32,000 nucleotides of DNA. Source: Dickeya dadantii NCPPB 898 (GTDB lineage: Bacteria; Pseudomonadota; Gammaproteobacteria; Enterobacterales; Enterobacteriaceae). The DNA lies in contig NZ_CM001976.1 in NCBI RefSeq assembly GCF_000406145.1, forward strand, positions 4,237,472 to 4,269,471, in the 5' to 3' direction. Positions within the stretch are counted from its first letter, which is position 1; the number at the start of each line of letters is the position of its first letter. A program made the position numbers and the translations under genes. Shown piece after piece: positions 14,933-22,980 of the stretch. The notes below the pieces were generated by a model that was given only the letters and a program-made list of their open reading frames with translations, did not search any database and was not told where the DNA came from.

Positions 14933-15036
14933 TCTGGGTGAATCCGTTCGCCGGTTTAGGGAAATAATCTGGTTAGTCAAAACAGCTCAGGAAATAAATA
15001 AAACAGCGTTTCGATATTATTGTTTCCTGCAACAGC

Positions 15037-15060
15037 AAACCGGTTCACCCGGTTTATTTT
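15037..15060 (+). terminator. Candidate rho-independent terminator after blc
   Basis: AAACCGG (15037-15043) pairs with CCGGTTT (15049-15055) around loop TTCAC, followed by ATTTT. A second inverted partner GTGAACCGG at 15069-15077, followed by CGGTTTTT, allows an alternative fold. Confidence 0.5.
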
Positions 15061-15107
15061 CAGCCGTGTGAACCGGCGGTTTTTATGAAATATCGTTACG
15101 CGATGGG

Positions 15108-15461
15108 TCAACCCATAATTTTGTCGCGGAACATAAAGAATACCGCGCCCAGCAGACACAAACCGGCCCAAATATAGTCGGTGCGGAATGGTTCTTTGAG
15201 AATAATCATCGAGAAAGGAATAAACACCGACAGGCTGATCACTTCCTGCAAAATTTTCAGTTGCCCGGCCGACGCTACCTGATAACCGATACGGTTGGCC
15301 GGCACCTGCAACAGGTATTCAAACAGCGCGATCCCCCAGCTGACCAACGCCGCCACCATCCAGGTTCGGCCGCTGAAATAGCGAAGATGCCCATACCAGG
15401 CAAAGGTCATGAATACATTACTGAGGGTCAGCATGAAAACGGTAATAATCAGTGGGGACAT
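15108..15461 (-). CDS. Small DMT-superfamily membrane protein (DUF486-like)
   Basis: The ATG at 15461 is preceded by AAGGAG. The 117 aa protein has four hydrophobic helices: MSPLIITVFMLTLSNVFMTFAWYGHLRYF...LKILQEVISLSVFIPFSMIILKEPF. The family assignment is from memory of the DUF486 pattern and has not been searched. Confidence 0.75.
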   Translation of the reverse strand: MSPLIITVFMLTLSNVFMTFAWYGHLRYFSGRTWMVAALVSWGIALFEYLLQVPANRIGYQVASAGQLKILQEVISLSVFIPFSMIILKEPFRTDYIWAGLCLLGAVFFMFRDKIMG

Positions 15462-15577
15462 AGCGATCTCCTTAACCAAGACGCGGCATTATTACGTCAG
15501 GCGGGAGAAAATACCATCAGGCAACGCTCAGCTTGTGTGAGAGAATTTTTCAGGCGGGATATCAAGGGCATTGCAAC

Positions 15578-15606
15578 GCGTAAACCGCCCGACGGGCAGT
15601 TTACGC
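15578..15606 (-). terminator. Strong hairpin 11 nt downstream of the efp stop, with no T tract
   Basis: GCGTAAACCGCCC (15578-15590), loop GAC, then GGGCAGTTTACGC (15594-15606). This gives 12 bp with one C-A mismatch. Neither strand has a U-rich tail. Confidence 0.4.
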
Positions 15607-15616
15607 GCCGGGAAGA

Positions 15617-16183
15617 TTACTTCACGCGGGAGACGTATTCGCCGGAGCGGGTGTCAACCTTAATCACTTCGCCGATCTGGACGAACAGCGGCACTTTTAC
15701 CACCGCGCCGGTAGACAGCGTGGCCGGCTTGCCGCCAGTACCAGCGGTGTCGCCTTTCAGGCCCGGATCGGTTTCGGTGATTTCAGCTTCGATAAAGTTC
15801 GGCGGCTGAACGGCGATCGGTCGACCGTCCCACAGGGTAACGATACATTCGGCGTTATCCTGCAACCATTTAGCGGAATCACTCACGGTTTTCGCTTCAA
15901 CCTGATGCTGCTCAAAGGTTTCAGGGTGCATGAAATGGAAGAACTCACCGTCGTTATACAGGTAGGTCATGTTGGTATCCACCACGTCGGCACCTTCCGC
16001 CGAGTCGGTAGACTTGAAGGTTTTCTCAACGCGGGTGCCCGTCAACAGACGACGCATTTTGACGCGAGCAAAAGCCTGGCCTTTACCCGGTTTCACAAAT
16101 TCACTGGATTCGATGGCATACGGCTCGCCCTCGAACATGATTTTAAGACCGGAGCGGAAATCGTTGCTAAAATAAGTCGCCAT
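15617..16183 (-). CDS. efp: Elongation factor P
   Basis: The translation [49 protein letters not shown]... is 188 aa. The modified lysine sits in the KPGKGQAF loop. Confidence 0.97.
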   Translation of the reverse strand: MATYFSNDFRSGLKIMFEGEPYAIESSEFVKPGKGQAFARVKMRRLLTGTRVEKTFKSTDSAEGADVVDTNMTYLYNDGEFFHFMHPETFEQHQVEAKTVSDSAKWLQDNAECIVTLWDGRPIAVQPPNFIEAEITETDPGLKGDTAGTGGKPATLSTGAVVKVPLFVQIGEVIKVDTRSGEYVSRVK

Positions 16184-16222
16184 AATGGCCCTCTACATTA
16201 ATACTGGTACTTAGCCAAAAAA

Positions 16223-17266
16223 ATGGCACACATTGTAACCCTAAATATACCTTCCCGAGAAGATTGGTTGCAGCAACTCACCGACGTTATTACCGATCCT
16301 GATGAATTGCTGCGACTTCTGGCGCTGGATACCCATCCGCAACTGAGCGCCGGGCGCGATGCCCGCAAACTGTTTCCGCTGCGGGTGCCGCGCGCGTTTG
16401 CCGCGCGTATGCGCCCCGGCGACGCCCGCGATCCGCTGCTGTTGCAGGTGCTGACCGCGCAGGACGAGTTCATCGTCACCCCCGGCTTCAGCCACGATCC
16501 GCTGGACGAACAGCACAGCGTGGTGCCCGGACTGCTGCACAAATACCACAATCGCGCACTGCTGCTGGTGAAGGGCGGGTGCGCGGTCAACTGCCGTTAC
16601 TGTTTCCGCCGCCATTTTCCTTATCAGGATAACCAGGGCAACAAGGCCAACTGGCGTCAGGCGCTGGATTACATTCGCCAGCAGCCGCAACTGGACGAAA
16701 TCATCTTTTCCGGCGGCGATCCGCTGATGGCCAAGGATCATGAGCTGGACTGGCTGCTGAACGAACTGGAACAGATTCCCCACCTGAAGCGGCTGCGCAT
16801 CCACACCCGCCTGCCGGTGGTGATTCCGGCGCGCATCACCGCTGAACTCTGCCAGCGGCTGGCGCAATCGTCGCTGCGCGTGGTGCTGGTGACCCATATC
16901 AACCATGCCAACGAAATCGACGCCGAATTCACCGACAGTATGGCACGTTTGCGCCGCGCAGGCGTGACGCTGCTCAATCAAAGCGTATTGCTGCGGGGCG
17001 TCAACGATAACGCCGATACGCTGGCGGCGCTCAGCAACGCGTTGTTCGACGCCGGCATTCTACCCTATTACCTGCATGTGCTGGACAAGGTACAGGGCGC
17101 GGCGCACTTTCTGGTGCCGGACGACGAAGCGCGAGCGCTGATCAGGGAATTGATGACGCAGGTATCAGGCTATCTGGTGCCAAGCCTGACAAGGGAAATC
17201 GGCGGCGAAGCCAGCAAGACGCTGCTGGATATCGGAATGCCGCAACGGCAGGAAAATCAGAACTGA
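16223..17266 (+). CDS. epmB: EF-P beta-lysylation protein (lysine 2,3-aminomutase-like radical SAM, YjeK)
   Basis: The sequence begins MAHIVTLNIPSREDWLQQL. The radical SAM motif CAVNCRYCFRR is present. It is colinear with E. coli EpmB and sits divergent to efp with only 39 nt between the start codons. Confidence 0.95.
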   Translation: MAHIVTLNIPSREDWLQQLTDVITDPDELLRLLALDTHPQLSAGRDARKLFPLRVPRAFAARMRPGDARDPLLLQVLTAQDEFIVTPGFSHDPLDEQHSVVPGLLHKYHNRALLLVKGGCAVNCRYCFRRHFPYQDNQGNKANWRQALDYIRQQPQLDEIIFSGGDPLMAKDHELDWLLNELEQIPHLKRLRIHTRLPVVIPARITAELCQRLAQSSLRVVLVTHINHANEIDAEFTDSMARLRRAGVTLLNQSVLLRGVNDNADTLAALSNALFDAGILPYYLHVLDKVQGAAHFLVPDDEARALIRELMTQVSGYLVPSLTREIGGEASKTLLDIGMPQRQENQN

Positions 17267-17270
17267 GGCG

Positions 17271-17296
17271 CCGCCAGCGTCACGCGACGCTGGCGG
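17271..17296. terminator. Hairpin between convergent epmB and the yjeI-like gene
   Basis: CCGCCAGCGTC (17271-17281) pairs with GACGCTGGCGG (17286-17296) around loop ACGC, an 11 bp perfect stem. The T tract is weak (TCTTCG). Confidence 0.55.
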
Positions 17297-17305
17297 TCTT
17301 CGACA

Positions 17306-17650
17306 TCAGGGGCACTTGTAAACCTGACCCTGCATCTTGCTGTCCAGCGGCGCGAAGCTGGACAGGAACGTCTGGCTCGGCGTGGTCGCACCATAAATCA
17401 CGTTGCCGCCCATCGCCGCCGCTTTATTGCGCAGGTCGTTCGCCGCACCACGCATTGAACTGCCTTCGTTGCCGCCGCCCGACAGCCAGTTGGACTGCGT
17501 GCCGGTGATGTTGCCCAACAGCTGGCATTGCGCCGCCGGTTTACTGTCAGTAAAACGCACCGCCTGACCGGCAGCACTGAGTTCGTTGCTGGTGCTGCAT
17601 CCCGCCAGCAAGGCGACGGCAGCCAATCCCATCAGAATACGAGTCCGCAT
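17306..17650 (-). CDS. yjeI: DUF4156-type lipoprotein (YjeI homologue)
   Basis: The ATG at 17650 is preceded by GGAGAG. The translation MRTRILMGLAAVALLAGCSTSNELSAAGQAVRF...SMRGAANDLRNKAAAMGGNVIYG...GQVYKCP contains a lipobox (LLAGC) and is colinear with E. coli YjeI. The tracked ORF start at 17791 adds 47 non-homologous residues. Confidence 0.88.
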   Translation of the reverse strand: MRTRILMGLAAVALLAGCSTSNELSAAGQAVRFTDSKPAAQCQLLGNITGTQSNWLSGGGNEGSSMRGAANDLRNKAAAMGGNVIYGATTPSQTFLSSFAPLDSKMQGQVYKCP

Positions 17651-17916
17651 GCTTCTCTCCGTGATAGTCGATACACTGGCCGAAGCCGGGCTACCCCGAC
17701 CCGACAATCGAAAACTTATGCCAAAACAGGCCCATGTTACCACCATCGGGGTTGCAATTACCGGATAAACGACAACAATTTCTGTTGCCATGACGCTCTC
17801 TAACCATGACGATGATCACGCCCGGTTTCACATCGGCGGGCGCAGGATTGTCGTGCTCGACCTCGGGGCAGTCGTTGCGACCGAAGCATTTTCCCTTCAC
17901 CAACAGGATATATCTC

Positions 17917-19053
17917 ATGCAAAGGACGTATCAGCTATTTCGCCGGATATCGCTTGCCGCCTGTCTGATGACCGCCACAATCAGCCAGGTCGGCGCCCAT
18001 ACCGTTTCACCGGTTACCGCTAATGCGATGGCCACTACCCGCGCTATCTACAACTGGATGGCGCACCTGCCGAATCGCAGCGACTCTCGCCTGCTCTCCG
18101 GCGCGTTTGGCGGTTACGCCAATATCGGCGGCGATGACGCCTTCTCGCTGACCGAAGCGGAGAACATCGCCGCCCGCACCGGCCAGTATCCGGCCATCTA
18201 CGCCTGCGACTACGCGCGCGGCTGGGACAGAACCTCGGCGGGTAACGAGGCGGACCTGGTGGATTACAGTTGTAACAGCACGCTGATCGACTACTGGAAA
18301 AAAGGCGGTCTGGTGCAAATCAGCCATCATCTGCCCAACCCGGTCTTTGCCGGCAATGACCCCGGCACCGGCGAAGGCGGGCTGAAAAAAGCGGTCAGCA
18401 ACGAGCAACTGGCTGCCGTGCTACAGTCAGGAACGCCGGAGCGTACCCGCTGGCTGGCTATTCTGGACAAGGTCGCGGCCGGGCTGGCACAGTTGCAACA
18501 GCAGGGCGTGGTGGTGCTGTACCGTCCGCTGCACGAAATGAACGGCGAATGGTTCTGGTGGGGCGCCACCGGCTACAACACCCATGACACCACGCGGATG
18601 AGCCTGTATATCCGCCTGTACCGCGACATCTATACCTATTTCACCCAGACTAAAGGGTTGAACAACCTGCTGTGGGTGTACGCGCCGGACGCCAACCGTC
18701 AGGACAAGACCGGCTTCTACCCCGGTGACGCTTATGTGGATATCGCCGGGCTGGACATGTATCTGGACAATCCGGCCAATCTCAGCGGTTACGACGAGAT
18801 GCTGCGGTTGAACAAGCCATTCGCCTTAACCGAGGTCGGCCCGTCCACCACCAACCAGCAGTTTGATTACGCCCGTCTGGTCAGCATCATCAAAAGCAAT
18901 TTCCCCAAAACCGTCTATTTCCTGCCCTGGAATAACGTATGGGGCCCGGTGAAAAATCTGAATGCTTCCGCCGCCTACAACGACAGCAGCGTCGTTAATC
19001 GGGGCGGTATCTGGAACGGCAGCCAGTTGACGCCGATTGTCGAAGCCAACTGA
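17917..19053 (+). CDS. Secreted glycoside hydrolase family 26 enzyme (probable endo-beta-1,4-mannanase)
   Basis: It has a Sec signal peptide (MQRTYQLFRRISLAACLMTATISQVGA). The GH26 signature RPLHEMNGEWFWWG holds the acid/base Glu, and FALTEVGP holds the nucleophile Glu. I chose the ATG at 17917 over the tracked 17806 because it yields a normal signal peptide. Confidence 0.8.
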   Translation: MQRTYQLFRRISLAACLMTATISQVGAHTVSPVTANAMATTRAIYNWMAHLPNRSDSRLLSGAFGGYANIGGDDAFSLTEAENIAARTGQYPAIYACDYARGWDRTSAGNEADLVDYSCNSTLIDYWKKGGLVQISHHLPNPVFAGNDPGTGEGGLKKAVSNEQLAAVLQSGTPERTRWLAILDKVAAGLAQLQQQGVVVLYRPLHEMNGEWFWWGATGYNTHDTTRMSLYIRLYRDIYTYFTQTKGLNNLLWVYAPDANRQDKTGFYPGDAYVDIAGLDMYLDNPANLSGYDEMLRLNKPFALTEVGPSTTNQQFDYARLVSIIKSNFPKTVYFLPWNNVWGPVKNLNASAAYNDSSVVNRGGIWNGSQLTPIVEAN

Positions 19054-19110
19054 TGCTATAAAAGCTGATGTTATAACAATTAATGTTATACAAACCAATG
19101 CCATAAACAA
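19051..19110 (+). repeat. Four degenerate 15 nt tandem units starting exactly at the GH26 stop codon
   Basis: The units are TGATGCTATAAAAGC, TGATGTTATAACAAT, TAATGTTATACAAAC and CAATGCCATAAACAA. Neighbouring units match at 9-11 of 15 positions, with an invariant ATG..ATA core. Confidence 0.7.
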
Positions 19111-19134
19111 CAGGCCCCGAAATCGGGGCCTGTT
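19109..19134. terminator. Bidirectional terminator between the convergent GH26 gene and pgi
   Basis: AACAGGCCCCG (19109-19119) pairs with CGGGGCCTGTT (19124-19134) around loop AAAT, an 11 bp perfect stem. Confidence 0.75.
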
Positions 19135-19156
19135 GCTATTCGCGGATACGCCGTAA

Positions 19157-20806
<1,650 letters not shown>

Positions 20807-20819
20807 CACACTACTCTTC

Positions 20820-20870
20820 GGTTTGAGAACAAGTCGGTTTGAGAACAAATAGGTTTGAGAACAAGTCGGT
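20820..20870 (-). repeat. 3.2 copies of a 16 nt tandem repeat, 14 nt upstream of the pgi start codon
   Basis: On the plus strand the units are GGTTTGAGAACAAGTC (20820-20835), GGTTTGAGAACAAATA (20836-20851) and GGTTTGAGAACAAGTC (20852-20867), then GGT. Units 1 and 3 are identical. Confidence 0.9.
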
Positions 20871-20963
20871 CGCCGGGCGGGAAATCCTGCCCGCTTTTTC
20901 CCGATTGTATCCCTTAACGTCGTGCGGGGAAGCCCTTTTCTTGCGAAATGGCGCGCCCCTGAC

Positions 20964-21011
20964 CAATGTTGATCAACAGCAATGTTGATTGACAGCAATG
21001 TTGATTGACAG
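20964..21011 (+). repeat. Three copies of a 16 nt tandem repeat in the pgi-lysC divergent control region
   Basis: The units are CAATGTTGATCAACAG (20964-20979), CAATGTTGATTGACAG (20980-20995) and CAATGTTGATTGACAG (20996-21011). Unit 1 holds the palindrome GTTGATCAAC, which includes a GATC. Units 2 and 3 each hold TTGACA. Confidence 0.9.
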
Positions 21012-21040
21012 CCGCCGCGTTACCCGCTATTTGTAAAAGC
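21005..21040 (+). promoter_or_regulatory. Candidate lysC sigma70 promoter
   Basis: TTGACA (21005-21010, inside the last repeat unit) is followed by a 17 nt spacer and TATTTG (21028-21033). It lies about 25 nt upstream of the riboswitch P1 stem. Confidence 0.5.
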
Positions 21041-21064
21041 CTACTTGCGCACCCGTTGCGCAAG

Positions 21065-21254
21065 CCAGAAGAGGAGCGCCGCCCAGGCAAGGTATCGGAG
21101 GAACCGTATCCGATGAGGATACCAGAGGGGGAGCGGCGCCGAGACAGACGTAACCTACGGTGTTTACGCTGCCGACCGCAGGGGCTGAATCCCCTGGGTT
21201 GTCACCCGCATCGCTCCGCAAGGCGGAACGATCAGCAAGGTGGAGCGCTTCTGG
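21065..21254 (+). promoter_or_regulatory. Lysine riboswitch (L-box) aptamer in the lysC leader. The expression platform continues to the RBS at about 21365.
   Basis: The P1 stem pairs CCAGAAG (21065-21071) with CTTCTGG (21248-21254). Conserved L-box blocks are present: AGAGGAGCGCC, TCGGAGGAACC, GAGGGGGAGCGGCGCCGAG, GGGGCTGAATCCCCTGGGTTGTCACC and GGTGGAGCGCTTCTGGGTG. The downstream blocks CCGCTCTTCCCTTGTGCCAAGGCT and CCCCTGACACGAGGT match the E. coli lysC leader as I recall it. Confidence 0.88.
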
Positions 21255-21375
21255 GTGTGCCGTAGCCAGTAACCTACGCTTGCCCCCTGCTTACCGCTCT
21301 TCCCTTGTGCCAAGGCTTAACGATGGAATGCTGTTGTCGACGACGACAATGACGCCCCTGACACGAGGTTTTTGA

Positions 21376-22740
21376 ATGTCTGCTAACACTGATAACTCAC
21401 TGATTATCGCCAAATTCGGCGGCACCAGCGTCGCTGATTTCGACGCCATGAACCGCAGCGCCGACATCGTGCTGTCCGACGCGCAGGTACGGGTGGTGGT
21501 GCTGTCCGCCTCCGCCGGCGTGACCAACCTGCTGGTGGCGCTGGCGGAAGGTTTACCGCCGGCTGAACGCACCGCGCAACTGGAAAAACTGCGCCAGATT
21601 CAATACGCCATCATCGACCGCCTCAACCAGCCGGCCGTCATCCGTGAAGAAGTCGACCGCATGCTGGACAACGTGGCCCGCCTGTCGGAAGCGGCGGCGC
21701 TGGCGACTTCCAGCGCCCTGACCGACGAACTGGTCAGCCACGGCGAGCTGATATCCACCCTGCTGTTTGTGGAAATTCTGCGCGAGCGCAACGTCGCCGC
21801 CGAATGGTTCGACGTGCGTAAAATCATGCGTACCAACGATCGCTTCGGCCGCGCCGAGCCGGACTGCGACGCGCTGGGCGAACTGACCCGCAGCCAGCTG
21901 ACGCCGCGTCTGGCGCAGGGGCTGATCATCACCCAGGGCTTCATCGGCAGCGAAGCCAAAGGCCGCACCACCACGCTGGGCCGCGGCGGCAGCGATTACA
22001 CCGCCGCCCTGCTGGGCGAAGCGCTGCACGCCAACCGTATCGACATCTGGACCGACGTGCCCGGCATCTACACCACCGACCCGCGCGTGGTGCCGTCCGC
22101 TCACCGCATCGACCAGATTACCTTTGAAGAAGCGGCCGAAATGGCCACCTTCGGCGCCAAGGTGCTGCACCCGGCCACGCTGCTGCCTGCTGTACGCAGC
22201 GACATTCCGGTATTCGTCGGCTCCAGCAAAGACCCGGCGGCCGGCGGCACGCTGGTGTGCAACAACACCGAAAACCCGCCGCTGTTCCGCGCGCTGGCGC
22301 TGCGCCGCAAGCAGACGCTGCTGACCCTGCATAGCCTTAACATGCTGCACGCGCGCGGCTTTCTGGCGGAAGTGTTCAGTATTCTGGCTCGCCACAACAT
22401 CTCGGTGGATTTGATCACCACCTCCGAGGTGAACGTGGCGCTGACGCTGGACACCACCGGCTCGACCTCGACCGGCGACAGCCTGCTGTCCAGCGCGCTG
22501 CTGACCGAACTGTCCTCGCTGTGTCGGGTGGAAGTGGAAGAGAACATGTCGCTGGTGGCGCTGATCGGCAACCAGCTGTCGCAGGCCTGCGGCGTCGGCA
22601 AAGAGGTGTTCGGGGTGCTGGAGCCGTTCAACATCCGCCTCATCTGCTACGGCGCCAGCAGCCACAACCTGTGCTTCCTGGTGCCGTCCAGCGATGCCGA
22701 GCAGGTGGTACAGACGCTGCATCACAATCTGTTTGAATAA
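21376..22740 (+). CDS. lysC: Lysine-sensitive aspartate kinase III
   Basis: The N-terminus is ...IAKFGGTSVADFDAMNRSADIVLSDAQVRVVVLSASAGVTN, and the C-terminal ACT region is ...FNIRLICYGASSHNLCFLVPSSDAEQVVQTLHHNLFE. It is colinear with E. coli LysC. Confidence 0.97.
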   Translation: MSANTDNSLIIAKFGGTSVADFDAMNRSADIVLSDAQVRVVVLSASAGVTNLLVALAEGLPPAERTAQLEKLRQIQYAIIDRLNQPAVIREEVDRMLDNVARLSEAAALATSSALTDELVSHGELISTLLFVEILRERNVAAEWFDVRKIMRTNDRFGRAEPDCDALGELTRSQLTPRLAQGLIITQGFIGSEAKGRTTTLGRGGSDYTAALLGEALHANRIDIWTDVPGIYTTDPRVVPSAHRIDQITFEEAAEMATFGAKVLHPATLLPAVRSDIPVFVGSSKDPAAGGTLVCNNTENPPLFRALALRRKQTLLTLHSLNMLHARGFLAEVFSILARHNISVDLITTSEVNVALTLDTTGSTSTGDSLLSSALLTELSSLCRVEVEENMSLVALIGNQLSQACGVGKEVFGVLEPFNIRLICYGASSHNLCFLVPSSDAEQVVQTLHHNLFE

Positions 22741-22768
22741 TGTGGTTTGAATAACGCGGTTTAAATAA
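22727..22768 (+). repeat. Three degenerate 14 nt tandem units, the first containing the lysC stop codon
   Basis: The units are ATCTGTTTGAATAA (22727-22740), TGTGGTTTGAATAA (22741-22754) and CGCGGTTTAAATAA (22755-22768). Neighbouring units match at 10-11 of 14 positions. Confidence 0.7.
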
Positions 22769-22819
22769 CACGATGCAATGGCCGGGATAAAACCGGCTAC
22801 GAGCCATAAAGGCAGACAG

Positions 22820-22853
22820 ATCCGAAACCCAATGCGGGTTTCGGATTTTTTTA
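22820..22853 (+). terminator. Rho-independent terminator of lysC
   Basis: ATCCGAAACCC (22820-22830) pairs with GGGTTTCGGAT (22836-22846) around loop AATGC, followed by TTTTTTT. Confidence 0.85.
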
Positions 22854-22980
22854 TGCCTGCGGTCCGCCACCGCCTCCATGATCCCAACCAATAAAAAAGG
22901 ATAAACGACAGAGCCTGCCGCAGCGGAAAACACGATGTTTAACCATCAAGGTGGGAGGAAAAAGGGAACGCGGTGAACAC

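Noticed and set aside
20877-20899. The small hairpin GCGGG-N8-CCCGC followed by TTTTT on the plus strand, upstream of pgi, looks like a terminator.
   Set aside because: The stem is only 5 bp, and no plus-strand gene lies upstream for it to terminate. It is probably fortuitous or part of the pgi promoter region.
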